A DNA stretch of 61,736 nucleotides from Patescibacteria group bacterium (GCA_018821245.1 JAHJMO010000001.1:1-61736), one strand, 5' to 3'. Shown: positions 30,318 through 40,251, counted from the stretch's first letter. Notes: generated by a model from the letters alone, not told the origin. Made by a program: numbers and translations.

Positions 30318-30868
30318 AAATTGGTTTATTCGGCGGAGTTTTTAATCCTCCACACATAGGACACCTCATTATAGCTCAGCAAATTCTGGACTTTACAGAC
30401 GTGGAGGAGGTCTGGTTTTTGCCCAACTTCGGTCAGAGTTTTCCCAAAGAGACAATTCCCGTTGAACACCGGGTGGTCATGACGAGAATGTTGCAAATGC
30501 CGCGGACAAAAACATCAACCATAGAGATTGACAACAGGCTGGATGGTAAAACCATTCATTTAATTCCGTATTTACCCAAAGAACACGCATTTAGTTTTAT
30601 TATAGGAGCCGATCAACTTCCCGTGTTTCATCAATGGGAGGATTGGGAGATGTTACTTCAACACATGCCGTTTTTGGTGTTTCCGCGGTACGGGTATCCT
30701 ACGGAACCGCTTTATGAGAACATGAAGCTTGTCTGTCACCAGCAACTTATGGCAACAGATATATCATCGACAAAAATTAGAGCGAGAATAAAACAGGGAC
30801 TACCTATTGATCGATTTGTGCCCGCGAGAGTGGATCAATACATAAAAGACCATGGACTTTATGTGTAA
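30314..30868 (+). CDS. nadD: Nicotinate-nucleotide adenylyltransferase
   Basis: GGVFNPPHIGH, IGAD and ISSTKIR motifs. Confidence 0.92.
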   Translation: MKIGLFGGVFNPPHIGHLIIAQQILDFTDVEEVWFLPNFGQSFPKETIPVEHRVVMTRMLQMPRTKTSTIEIDNRLDGKTIHLIPYLPKEHAFSFIIGADQLPVFHQWEDWEMLLQHMPFLVFPRYGYPTEPLYENMKLVCHQQLMATDISSTKIRARIKQGLPIDRFVPARVDQYIKDHGLYV

Positions 30869-30885
30869 ATAACAATTAACATGCT

Positions 30886-31677
30886 ATGCTTGAAATAAAC
30901 GCAGAACAAACGGCCGCCGAGCTTACGGACTTTCTGAAAGCATCGTTTCAAAAAGAAGGGTTTGGGGACGCCGTCATTGCTCTTTCCGGCGGAGTGGATT
31001 CTGCGGTGTCCTCTATACTGGCGGCACGGGCCCTGGGACCGGATCACGTGTTCCCACTCCTTTTGCCGTACGGGGCGCTTAATAAAGATCCGGAAAAAGA
31101 CGCGCTTTCCGTTGTGGCGGTTGCCCGCATTCAGCGCGCCAACATTTCCCGGATATACATAGAACAATTAGTTGACGCTGTCTGCGCTCTAGACCCGTCT
31201 ATGGACAAGGTGCGCCGCGGCAATATCATGGCGCGGGTGCGGATGACCTTGCTGTTTGATGCCGCCAAAAGGCGCAAGGCCCTGGTTGTGGGGACAGAGA
31301 ACAAAAGCGAGTATCTATTGGGGTACTATACGCGTTTTGGAGATGAGGCAAGCGACATTGAGCCCCTCCGGAATATATACAAAACACAAGTATACCAGCT
31401 TGCCAGGCATTTGGGGGTGCCGCAACAAATACTTTTGAAAAGACCAAGTGCGGGACTGTGGGAAGGCCAGACCGACGAGGGCGAATTTGGGTTTTCGTAC
31501 CAGGATGCAGACGAGGTACTGCATCAGCTGTATGACGAAAAAAACTCCACCGAGCAAATTCTCAAATCTGGGATAAACAAAGAGGCTCTTGAAAAAATTT
31601 CCAACTGGATGGAGCGCAACTCCTTCAAGCACCGCGTACCGATTATCCCCTCCACCCCAGCCGGTGGAATAGGTTGA
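30886..31677 (+). CDS. nadE: NH3-dependent NAD+ synthetase
   Basis: SGGVDS, GNIMARVRM, NKSE..LGYYTRFGD and PSAGLWEGQTDE motifs. Confidence 0.95.
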   Translation: MLEINAEQTAAELTDFLKASFQKEGFGDAVIALSGGVDSAVSSILAARALGPDHVFPLLLPYGALNKDPEKDALSVVAVARIQRANISRIYIEQLVDAVCALDPSMDKVRRGNIMARVRMTLLFDAAKRRKALVVGTENKSEYLLGYYTRFGDEASDIEPLRNIYKTQVYQLARHLGVPQQILLKRPSAGLWEGQTDEGEFGFSYQDADEVLHQLYDEKNSTEQILKSGINKEALEKISNWMERNSFKHRVPIIPSTPAGGIG

Positions 31678-31844
31678 TAAAACTTTTGAGCCAGGCAATC
31701 GCCCCGCGCTGTCTTAACCCTCCTAAATTTACCAGAGGCGCCAAGGACAAACCACCCCAGGGGTGGTGGACACCATTACTACTTGTCGGAATATACTACA
31801 ACAGTTACAATTGGATCAGGCAGGCCGGCGGGGCTATTAATTAT

Positions 31845-34800
31845 ATGGAAAAAGAAAAAGGCCTTGACATACTTAATGTGCTTATAAATATGGCCCGAAA
31901 AAAGGGCGGAGCCGGTGGTGCTACTCCTGAAAATATCGAAAAGTTCATTCAAGCCACCAAGGCCGCATTTGAAAAAAGAAAAACTAAAATTGAAGTTGCT
32001 TCTGAACAATGGGTTAAAAAAATTCGTGATTCAAAAAATGAAGCAAATAGAGCCGCTGCCAAAGAAGAAATACAGGTAGAGGCCTATGATAAACGATCCC
32101 CGGAAGAAATAGATATATTAAAAGATCAGCTTAGTGTTGCAGCAACAAAAGGAGACTTGCCAACGTGGTTAGCTGAAGAGACTACGTATATACAACAAAG
32201 TGACGTTGCAGCAGAGTTCGTTGCGCGCATAGCAATGCTTCCCGCCGAACAGCAGCAAAACCCCTACATACTCTATAGAGAGCTATATAAGATGCACAAT
32301 TCTATCAACTGGATTGCGCAGTCCAACCGATCATTAATGGAAATATCAATGATTACCAACAAGGCGTTAGTGGAAATTCGTAGTCAGGCAGCAAACAAGG
32401 GAATATTAGAATTAGAAAACCTAAACAGCGTAGGCGCATTTATTGGTGACAGAACAAGCACGGAACATGAGTCTTTTGATTTGTATAGACTGGACAAATT
32501 AAAAGAGACAGAAGACCCCGGTCAAATGCCCGACAGCAGGAAAGAAAGAGATAAATATGGAGCATGGCGAGAAAAAGAGATTAAAAAACGACAGAGGCGA
32601 GTCTTGGAAGAGACGCTTGTTTCTTATCAAAAAGACCTTGACGGGGGACTGCTTTCAACCAAAGACGAGCTGCAGAGGATGAAAGATTTGGACAAATTAT
32701 TAACAAAGTCAATGAGCGGTAGCAGGGAGGATAAGGGGCTACAAGCAAGATATAAAGAACTTAACTCTGAAGACGTGAGTACAATAAAAAGGCGTATTCA
32801 GCAGCGGGTTCGCGCGCTAGAAGCACAACACGAAAGAGAGTATAAATCACAGAAACTAATAGAAGAGGCAGAAAGGGAAGATCGCAAGACGGCAATATAC
32901 AAAACCAGAAAGCTAGAAGAAACAAAGAAAAAAAGAGATGAACTAGCCAGAAACGGAGATGCGATTATTTGGATAAAAGAGCTTAAGGCCCGCTACCCCA
33001 ATTGTGCCGCGGAGATTGATGACATTATTTACGTGCGCGGTCTTAATAAAGGAGACATAGATTTAATTATTTCCGGTAGCGAAGGCCGGTGGGAGTGGTT
33101 TTCAAAATTTTGGCAAGAAGTGTATACATTTGGGGATGAACGTGTCCGTCCGAGCCTGCAGGATGAATATAAGTGGCATGAATTTCGCAGGATTATCGAA
33201 TTAGTAGATCCAGAATCGCTACACGAAATCAGCAAGTTTAAAGATTTTTGGGAAAGAATTGGAAAGATCGATGGTATAGCAAAAGCGTTTTTTCTCCCCG
33301 GCTCTTACGAGGATAAGGCAAAGGGCTTGAAGTATTTATTGCCCAACGACATGCAAACGTTATTTCGCACGTTTGAGCATTCTGAGTATTCCTACTCTAT
33401 TATGAAATCGGCCATAATGGATAAGTTGAGAAGGCGATTTGCACAATTTGATAAAGACGCTGTGTTTTTGAACGGTTCGGTTTCTGATAGCGACATGGTC
33501 TTGCTTAAGGACGGAGCACCAGATATTTACGATGAGTTTATCGCGCTTCAAAAGACAGGAAAACCCGCCAAGAGGGACCTTTTGCTTGTAAGGCTTCAGG
33601 AAAAATATGCCCACAGAGACGAATCGGGTGATATTGTCGGTTTTGGGGATTTACCATCAAAACTCGTAGATTTGAAGAATGATATACAAAAAGCAAGGGA
33701 TGATACAGGCGCAGGCTTGTTCCTAAGAGACTATGATATGCTTTCCAACAATAGCATGTATGGGCAGTTGTCTGATTTAACACTGAAAGTTAGAGAAAGC
33801 CTAACGGTTTTAGAGAATGGTTATGAGGAGTCGGGGGTAGGTAAAGAATATAAAAAGACAGATCTGACTACTGCCCGACGGGAGGAGATTGACGAGGAGA
33901 TTGTGAGCCTAAAGAGAAAGCTTAATGAAGGGTGGAAAATATTAACGGATAATCCGAATGATACCACAGGCTTTGATGAGCACAAACTGAATGCCGTAAG
34001 AGGATTTTCCCCAACCCTTATCGAAACGAGAGAAAGGTTAATAAAATATTTACAGGTAAAAGAAAAAATAAAGCCGGAAAACTTTCACGGGTGGCTGAAA
34101 AATAATGAATGGAAAGTGAGAAACGCATGTCTGGCGGCACAATATGCATCATTAGGGTGGGGAGACGTATTGGATATTGCCGCACGTGTGGCGCGCGCGC
34201 CGACGTTAGATTTTGATTCAGCAGTTCTTAAGGTTGCAGGTAGAGACATTATGCCCGCCGCTTTTGCAGAGCCGGCGGTACGCGTGTTAAACCCGGAGTT
34301 GTTTGAAGACAGGTTTATGATGCGGGGTAAATTTGGGCAGGAAATTCGGGAACAGCACTACCGCCTTATGTTTGAACGATTTGCGCCGGACTTTATGAAA
34401 AACATGCCAAAATCCGTAAAAAATCAAATAGATCAGCTGCGAAAAGAAGGAAAACCGTCTTACAAGATTTTAATCAAAGCCGCGGCAGATTACTATGCGG
34501 TTCCATACACGGAATTGCTGCGGCCGGGATTTTTGCGCGCCGGATCGCACCTGACCAACACAACTCACCGCTTTGAAATAGCCATGCTTCAACCATATCG
34601 CGACATGATGATGAAGCTAAAAGCCGAGGCACCGGAAGGAGATAAATGGGTGATTAACAATCAAGCCTTAAGTCTGCAGCTTGCTCTGGCAGACCCACTA
34701 GATGAAGATGTAGGTGTGCACGAGCGGATTGCTATTCTTACAAAAATGTTAGGTCGTACACCGTCTCGATTTATTCAAATGAGCGGAACTGATTTATATG

Positions 34801-35852
34801 ATTTAGCCATAAAACGAGGACTGGATATGCAAAGCGTAGAATGGTATGGCTTCCAACAGGCGTTATCTAATGCCGAGATAGAAGCATGGGACGACGAAGA
34901 GGGGCTAAATGTAAAAAGGGTTGATTTTACTACAAACAAAGATTTTAATGCTATTTTACGACCTCACCTGGAAGCATCGGGAATTACAGACAAAGGGCGG
35001 CAGAATGTTTACCATCAATTCTTGGTTGATTTACATGAATATGCCAGCACAAAAGACAGTAGCGGTAGGAATTTGATTGGAAAATGGGCTCGGCATACAT
35101 TTGCCATGACGTTGCCACTGACCGATTATAATATTAAAAATGCCCGTCCGGAGCTTTTGACCGCTTTTATCAATGAAAGACGAATAAACGATCAGTTGGC
35201 CATGGCAGAGGCAGCAAGTCTACAATATCAGCTCCTTGAGCCATCCCTTATTTCTCCGCCGACACAAGACTATAGTAAGCATATTGAAACGTTATTAAAA
35301 TTTCGAAACATAATTAATACATATGATGCCCCGGAAGTTGCAGAAATGGCGGCGAGCGTTATCGCCGATGGCTTTGTCTGGGTAAATATGGACCGATCCA
35401 TGTACAATGTCATAGGTTGGATACCGTTAAGCAAAAAAATAATGCGAGGAATTGCTGAATGGGATTGGCGAATAATATCAAAAAGCAAAGACAACAAGTT
35501 TTTAAATAAAATTACCAATGGGGCCTGGAAAGATTTAGCAGAACATAAAATAGTAGAATGGCCGCACACTGTAGCGGGGGCAGTTTCAATTGCAACGAAA
35601 TACCTGGGGGGTGAGGCCTTAGCCTTAAACGCAAATGAGATAGGTCAATACGTTAGCACAACAGAGGCGGCGGGAGTATTTACACATCTGAGAAATATTC
35701 CAAAGGACATCAGAAAAAAATATGGTACGGGAGTGCTTATGCGTTTCTTTTATCATTTACCAAGAAGATACTGGTGGGTGGTACCGGTAGCAACAATAGC
35801 TATGGCAGCGATGCAAAGCGTTGAAGAGGAGACAAAACAGCAGCACCATTGA
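31845..35852 (+). CDS. Large helical hypothetical protein (~1335 aa) with a C-terminal hydrophobic segment
   Basis: Long open frame with a charged coiled-coil N-half and WWVVPVATIAMAAM at the C-terminus. Start is ATG 31845 or TTG 31674. Confidence 0.8.
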   Translation: MEKEKGLDILNVLINMARKKGGAGGATPENIEKFIQATKAAFEKRKTKIEVASEQWVKKIRDSKNEANRAAAKEEIQVEAYDKRSPEEIDILKDQLSVAATKGDLPTWLAEETTYIQQSDVAAEFVARIAMLPAEQQQNPYILYRELYKMHNSINWIAQSNRSLMEISMITNKALVEIRSQAANKGILELENLNSVGAFIGDRTSTEHESFDLYRLDKLKETEDPGQMPDSRKERDKYGAWREKEIKKRQRRVLEETLVSYQKDLDGGLLSTKDELQRMKDLDKLLTKSMSGSREDKGLQARYKELNSEDVSTIKRRIQQRVRALEAQHEREYKSQKLIEEAEREDRKTAIYKTRKLEETKKKRDELARNGDAIIWIKELKARYPNCAAEIDDIIYVRGLNKGDIDLIISGSEGRWEWFSKFWQEVYTFGDERVRPSLQDEYKWHEFRRIIELVDPESLHEISKFKDFWERIGKIDGIAKAFFLPGSYEDKAKGLKYLLPNDMQTLFRTFEHSEYSYSIMKSAIMDKLRRRFAQFDKDAVFLNGSVSDSDMVLLKDGAPDIYDEFIALQKTGKPAKRDLLLVRLQEKYAHRDESGDIVGFGDLPSKLVDLKNDIQKARDDTGAGLFLRDYDMLSNNSMYGQLSDLTLKVRESLTVLENGYEESGVGKEYKKTDLTTARREEIDEEIVSLKRKLNEGWKILTDNPNDTTGFDEHKLNAVRGFSPTLIETRERLIKYLQVKEKIKPENFHGWLKNNEWKVRNACLAAQYASLGWGDVLDIAARVARAPTLDFDSAVLKVAGRDIMPAAFAEPAVRVLNPELFEDRFMMRGKFGQEIREQHYRLMFERFAPDFMKNMPKSVKNQIDQLRKEGKPSYKILIKAAADYYAVPYTELLRPGFLRAGSHLTNTTHRFEIAMLQPYRDMMMKLKAEAPEGDKWVINNQALSLQLALADPLDEDVGVHERIAILTKMLGRTPSRFIQMSGTDLYDLAIKRGLDMQSVEWYGFQQALSNAEIEAWDDEEGLNVKRVDFTTNKDFNAILRPHLEASGITDKGRQNVYHQFLVDLHEYASTKDSSGRNLIGKWARHTFAMTLPLTDYNIKNARPELLTAFINERRINDQLAMAEAASLQYQLLEPSLISPPTQDYSKHIETLLKFRNIINTYDAPEVAEMAASVIADGFVWVNMDRSMYNVIGWIPLSKKIMRGIAEWDWRIISKSKDNKFLNKITNGAWKDLAEHKIVEWPHTVAGAVSIATKYLGGEALALNANEIGQYVSTTEAAGVFTHLRNIPKDIRKKYGTGVLMRFFYHLPRRYWWVVPVATIAMAAMQSVEEETKQQHH

Positions 35853-35878
35853 CACGTGGAGACAAACTCTTCGGTCTA

Positions 35879-37267
35879 TTATTTTTCTTTTTTCATTAAT
35901 GTTTGTAGGCGCGACGGGTCCTCTTTTCCGCGTTTTAATGTTTGACCGATAAACGAGCCCTGATACCACAATTGCATCGCGGTTTGCCCACCGGTCATTA
36001 TTGGTCCAAATACTGCTCCCGGGCCAGCCTGCAATACCGGTTTTACCTTGATTGCTTCTTTGATGCTTCCTACTATCGTTGGAATTGTTAATATCAAACC
36101 AAGACCGATGAGTACTTTTGCCAGGGAGTCTGAACCGGTTGGGATAAGCGGGGGTGTCCAAATATGTTCGGTGCCAATATTATCATTTATAATTCCTCCC
36201 AAAACCAGGAGGGAGGCGGTGACCGGAAATACAATGATATTAGAGAAAAGATTTTTAAGCCAAGACGAAAAGCCCGTAGCCCCCGGAATGGCATCCGTGA
36301 GTATCTGGAGCGGCCCGACAATCACAGAAATAATAATATTTATATACGCGCTAAGCAGCATAAATAGTATTCGAACAAACGCAAACAGGAAGGCTATGCT
36401 CAATACAAGAAGTATCAAGCTATTGACTTGGGTTAAAGTACCGGCAAGCTCCGACAGTCCTTCCAGTATATCGCCTGATAATATTTCCGGCAGCGGATTT
36501 AATATGTCTTTTGAAAAAGCACTAAAAAGAGAAAAAGTTCCGGCAAAAAGCTTGCCCAGTCCGCCAGTAGTATATGCGCTTATTAACTTAGCGGTGTCTA
36601 CTCCATGCATACCAGCCGATCCAATAGTTGTAATAAACAATATTATGACAAAATACATAAGATCAATAACAAGCCCCACTATCGCGTAGGAGAACGTGAT
36701 AAGGAGGAGTGTTACTACAATACGAGGCAGGGCATTTTGTACGGTGACCACTGTTTTGGGATCGATTTTTTTCCTTAGCATCACCATAAATCCAATCACA
36801 AGCATAATGACGGCGAGCAATGAATATGCGATATTGCGGAACACTTTCCACAAAGGAAGAAGGGCGGTAAGACCAGAAAACCCTATTCCCTGTGCGTATG
36901 CTTGTTTAGGTATAAAACCAAGAGACTGGGCGGCGTCAGCAATAAAATACGATGTTTTTGCCGGAGGATTGGTATATATAGCCGATATAAAACGAGCTAC
37001 AGAGCTCAAAGTGCTTTTCTTATAATAAAAGACGCTTCCCGGGTCTTTACTGCAGCCCATTATTTGACACGTTAATATAAGCTGATTATTTGTTGTTGTT
37101 GCTGTGTCATATCCTTCTTTGAGTACGGTTCCACCCTCAGCGTCCTTGATGGCGCTGTTGAAGCTTTCAATGGTATTAGAAAACCAGGCTTCCGCATGAA
37201 CAGTAGAATAGCGAGGCAATATGGTAAGTAGCAATAAGATAACAAACATCCACACGAAGCGCTTCAT
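35879..37267 (-). CDS. VirB6/TrbL-like polytopic T4SS membrane protein
   Basis: Signal peptide, then LWKVFRNIAY, ALPRIV..LLLITFSYAI and SWLKNL; downstream of the pilin array. Confidence 0.65.
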   Translation of the reverse strand: MKRFVWMFVILLLLTILPRYSTVHAEAWFSNTIESFNSAIKDAEGGTVLKEGYDTATTTNNQLILTCQIMGCSKDPGSVFYYKKSTLSSVARFISAIYTNPPAKTSYFIADAAQSLGFIPKQAYAQGIGFSGLTALLPLWKVFRNIAYSLLAVIMLVIGFMVMLRKKIDPKTVVTVQNALPRIVVTLLLITFSYAIVGLVIDLMYFVIILFITTIGSAGMHGVDTAKLISAYTTGGLGKLFAGTFSLFSAFSKDILNPLPEILSGDILEGLSELAGTLTQVNSLILLVLSIAFLFAFVRILFMLLSAYINIIISVIVGPLQILTDAIPGATGFSSWLKNLFSNIIVFPVTASLLVLGGIINDNIGTEHIWTPPLIPTGSDSLAKVLIGLGLILTIPTIVGSIKEAIKVKPVLQAGPGAVFGPIMTGGQTAMQLWYQGSFIGQTLKRGKEDPSRLQTLMKKEK

Positions 37268-37335
37268 GGATTTAATTATAGATGGCGGAGCGGGAAGTGA
37301 CAAGAGACAGGAAGACTGGAAGACGGAATATAAAA

Positions 37336-37641
37336 TTACTCCGTCATGATCTTGAACTGTGTTACGTCTACACCGGTGAACACTTTGATTGTTTTGAGGA
37401 TAAGATACGCGCAGACAATAACCACTAGCCCAAAAACAGCGTTTGTAATTGTGCCTTTGGCTTGCTCCAGTTTTTTTTGATCTCCTCCCCCGAACAGAAA
37501 ATTAAACCCGCCGATGATGAGCATAACAAACAGCGCTACTCCCGCAAGGGAAACGAGCGCCCGCACGACATTGACAAAAATCGGCTCAAGACACCCGACG
37601 GTTGCCGCACCTGTATCTGCGCAGTCAGCCCACGAAATCAT
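37336..37641 (-). CDS. VirB2/TrbC-like (T4SS_pilin) pilin
   Basis: TM, GGFNFLFGGGDQKKLEQAKGTITNAVFG, TM. Confidence 0.8.
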   Translation of the reverse strand: MISWADCADTGAATVGCLEPIFVNVVRALVSLAGVALFVMLIIGGFNFLFGGGDQKKLEQAKGTITNAVFGLVVIVCAYLILKTIKVFTGVDVTQFKIMTE

Positions 37642-37712
37642 ACTGTTATTATCGCAAAGACAAGCGGGAAGTAGCAAGTGTGAAGAATGAACACCCCTTA
37701 ATACTTTCCCCG

Positions 37713-38054
37713 TTAATACGGCTGTGGGAGCGTGATGCCGCCGCTGCCTATGATGTTGACGCCCAGGAAGTTCTGCACAAGCGTCATGATCGCCCACGCG
37801 GCGCCCACGATTATAAGTCCGACAATAGCATGAGTTATCTTGTTGCGTGCCGTTTCCATATTGGCTTTGTCTCCGCCTGACGTGATCCAGGAGATGCCGC
37901 CCATGATGAGATACAGGAAGGCAATGAGTGCGGCCAAAATCATGAGCGTGCCCACAACCGCGCTGATCAGCTGTCCGATCTCGCTCACCCGGAATTGCGG
38001 TGGTTGTTTGATTTCTATTTTTGCTTGCGCAAATACCTCTGGAATTAATTTCAT
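37713..38054 (-). CDS. VirB2/TrbC-like pilin, candidate major pilin
   Basis: GGISWITSGGDKANMETARNKITHAIVG, with a strong SD (AGGAGGAGGTG) and its own promoter. Confidence 0.85.
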   Translation of the reverse strand: MKLIPEVFAQAKIEIKQPPQFRVSEIGQLISAVVGTLMILAALIAFLYLIMGGISWITSGGDKANMETARNKITHAIVGLIIVGAAWAIMTLVQNFLGVNIIGSGGITLPQPY

Positions 38055-38085
38055 ACTAGGGCACCTCCTCCTGATAATGTCAACG

Positions 38086-38117
38086 ATTATAATCTACATT
38101 CTATTGTTGCGCAATAG
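38086..38117 (-). promoter_or_regulatory. sigma70 promoter of the candidate major pilin
   Basis: Minus strand TTGCGC (38114-38109), 17 bp, TATAAT (38091-38086). Inverted repeat CTATTG-N5-CAATAG (38101-38117) overlaps the -35. Confidence 0.6.
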
Positions 38118-38142
38118 CCGCGCGCTTGTCAATAGGCCTTGT

Positions 38143-38511
38143 TTACTTTCCGCCCAAAGGATAAACAGGAAGCATGAAGCTTCCTTTCGTAAACCCTTCC
38201 AGTCCCAAAAACTGTCCTACGAGCACAGCCACCGCCCATGTTGCAGCTACAACGATAAGTCCAATAAGGGCATTGACGATCTTCTCCCGTGCGCTCTCCA
38301 GCTTCGCTTTGTCTCCGCCTGACGTGATCCAGGATAAGGCGCCGGTCATGAAGTAGAAGATGGCGATGACAAACGAAACCACAAGCATCGCGCCGATCAC
38401 TCCGCTTATGAGTCCGCCTATTCCTTTATTGGCCCCTTCCGCAGTCGGGTTGTCGCCTCCGCCCAAAAGCGGAGACTCTAAAACAGGGTTTCGTATGACA
38501 GCCAATTTCAT
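38143..38511 (-). CDS. VirB2/TrbC-like pilin
   Basis: GALSWITSGGDKAKLESAREKIVNALIG flanked by TM helices. Confidence 0.85.
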   Translation of the reverse strand: MKLAVIRNPVLESPLLGGGDNPTAEGANKGIGGLISGVIGAMLVVSFVIAIFYFMTGALSWITSGGDKAKLESAREKIVNALIGLIVVAATWAVAVLVGQFLGLEGFTKGSFMLPVYPLGGK

Positions 38512-38513
38512 AG

Positions 38514-38906
38514 TTATTGCAATTTAAGTTTTATAAGTTCTCCCGGTTTGGTAAGCAAAAAGTCCACGCCGAAAAACTGCGACGCCAACGCCAGAATTGC
38601 CCAACCGGCGACCACGATGATAAGTCCGATAAACGCGTTTGTTATCCTGTCCCGTGCGGCCTCCAGTTTCGCCTTGTCTCCGCCGGAGGTAATCCAGTTC
38701 ATGCCGCCTACAAGAAATTGGAAGATAAACCAAATGCCCGCGGCTATCGTCATAATGCCGATGATGCTCGAGACTGTGGCGGCAATGGCATTGACGGCAG
38801 CCGTGCCATCGGAACCCTTTTTCACTATGTCGCTGAAAGGCCCCAGCCCTCCGCCTTCTCCTATGGTGCCAAGGGGTATTCCTGTTGGTGCTGCAAAGAC
38901 TTTCAT
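38514..38906 (-). CDS. VirB2/TrbC-like pilin
   Basis: GGMNWITSGGDKAKLEAARDRITNAFIG. Confidence 0.85.
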   Translation of the reverse strand: MKVFAAPTGIPLGTIGEGGGLGPFSDIVKKGSDGTAAVNAIAATVSSIIGIMTIAAGIWFIFQFLVGGMNWITSGGDKAKLEAARDRITNAFIGLIIVVAGWAILALASQFFGVDFLLTKPGELIKLKLQ

Positions 38907-38919
38907 GGTTTTAATTTTA

Positions 38920-39330
38920 TTATTTTCCGGGTCCGTATATTTTGGGATTTAGGATAAATCCTGCGTCTCCGAAAATAAGGTACCCGAAAAGCGAAGCAAA
39001 AGCAAACGACCCCACAATGATGATAAGCCCCACCAATGACTGCCATATACGGTTCCAGGCGGCGGTAAGCAGTTTGGTGTCGCCTGCGGCAGTCATATAT
39101 TGGAAGCCGGCGACGACAATGTTGATAAACGCAAATATTCCCCCAGCTACAAAAACAAGCCGCAGAATATTGCTGAAAAACAGAATAAGGCCTGTATCGA
39201 CATTGCCGTAATTAGGTAGAGGATTGGTGACTGCGCCTACTATATCGTTTCCGGATGATCCTCCTCTAAGTGCGTCAGGATTCCTTTGCCACGAGTCGTC
39301 CTGCGCGAACACTTTGGTTATAAAAGACAT
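38920..39330 (-). CDS. VirB2/TrbC-like pilin
   Basis: AGFQYMTAAGDTKLLTAAWNRIWQSLVG. Confidence 0.82.
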   Translation of the reverse strand: MSFITKVFAQDDSWQRNPDALRGGSSGNDIVGAVTNPLPNYGNVDTGLILFFSNILRLVFVAGGIFAFINIVVAGFQYMTAAGDTKLLTAAWNRIWQSLVGLIIIVGSFAFASLFGYLIFGDAGFILNPKIYGPGK

Positions 39331-39331
39331 A

Positions 39332-39631
39332 TTATTTAGTACCCAAGAGCGGTACGCCGGTCAGTTTTTCTATTATTTGTACGATCCAATATGATGTAAT
39401 TACGATAATCAAGCCGACTACCGCTCCGGTTATTGCCTGTTTACTCTGCTCGGTTTTTTTAGTGTCTCCTGCGCCCATTATAACGCCAAATCCGCCGATT
39501 ACCAACAGGACAAAGCACATGACACCCGCCAGGACAAACGCATTGCGTACGATGACATCGACCAGATCGCCGAATGTCGAAAAAGATGACGCCGGTGAAA
39601 AAACATTGGGATCATCAAGCCTCACTGCCAT
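39332..39631 (-). CDS. VirB2/TrbC-like pilin (first in the array, probably leaderless)
   Basis: GGFGVIMGAGDTKKTEQSKQAITGAVVG. ATG lies 7 nt after a -10 box. Confidence 0.82.
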   Translation of the reverse strand: MAVRLDDPNVFSPASSFSTFGDLVDVIVRNAFVLAGVMCFVLLVIGGFGVIMGAGDTKKTEQSKQAITGAVVGLIIVITSYWIVQIIEKLTGVPLLGTK

Positions 39632-39638
39632 ATCTACG

Positions 39639-39690
39639 AGTGTAGACGGGGAGTGCAGAGTTGTCAACGAGAGTGTTCGCGTGGTATAGT
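39639..39690. promoter_or_regulatory. Divergent promoters with overlapping -35 elements (pilin array and sigma factor)
   Basis: Minus: TTGACA (39667-39662), 17 bp, TACACT. Plus: TTGTCA (39661-39666), 18 bp, extended TGnTATAGT. Confidence 0.65.
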
Positions 39691-39711
39691 TGGGGGATCA
39701 TTAGAAAGAAC

Positions 39712-40251
39712 ATGGGTGATCCGGAGCTTCTTAAAGCAATACTATTTGGCAACAGGCGCGCGGTATACCGCTTGTATCACACGTACACGCCTCCTCTTCG
39801 CAGATTTATCCAGACTAGGGTTAGTAACGCGCAGGACAGCGAGGAGATCCTTCAGGACACGCTTTTTGCGTTTTTGGAAGGCTTACGTGATTTTCAGGAG
39901 AAGTCCAGCATCAAAACATACCTCTATTCCATAGGCAAGCACAAAATCATTGATTTCTACCGCAGAAAAAAAGTCAAGCACGTGGTTTTTTCGCGCTTTC
40001 CTCAGCTTGAGGCACTTATTTCTCCGATTTTGAACCCGGAGGCGGAGCTTGACGCGGCCATGATAAAGGAAAAAATATCCGGAGTCTTTGGCCGGATTCT
40101 CCCGCGATACAGCGAAATACTGCGCCTGAAGTATTTTGATAATTTATCGGTAGAAGAAATTGCTAAAAGATTTGCTATTACGTTCAAAAGCGCGGAGTCC
40201 AGACTGTTTCGGGCAAGGAAAGCTTTTGTTGAGGCGTTTTTATCCATATAA
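39712..40251 (+). CDS. ECF-type sigma-70 factor
   Basis: Region 2 DSEEILQDTLF...SIKTYLYSI..HKIIDFYR and region 4 LSVEEIA...SRLFRAR. Confidence 0.9.
   Translation: MGDPELLKAILFGNRRAVYRLYHTYTPPLRRFIQTRVSNAQDSEEILQDTLFAFLEGLRDFQEKSSIKTYLYSIGKHKIIDFYRRKKVKHVVFSRFPQLEALISPILNPEAELDAAMIKEKISGVFGRILPRYSEILRLKYFDNLSVEEIAKRFAITFKSAESRLFRARKAFVEAFLSI

Noticed and set aside
31752-31766. CCACCCC-A-GGGGTGG palindrome after nadE
   Set aside because: Short, no U-tract, and a function cannot be supported from the sequence alone.
21104-39631. Integrative conjugative element
   Set aside because: No relaxase, integrase or att repeats are visible, and housekeeping genes are interleaved.
37336-39631. Type IV (PilA) pilins or a CRISPR-like repeat array
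   Set aside because: No GFTLxE prepilin motif; the repeats are coding paralogue cores, not regularly spaced repeat-spacer units.
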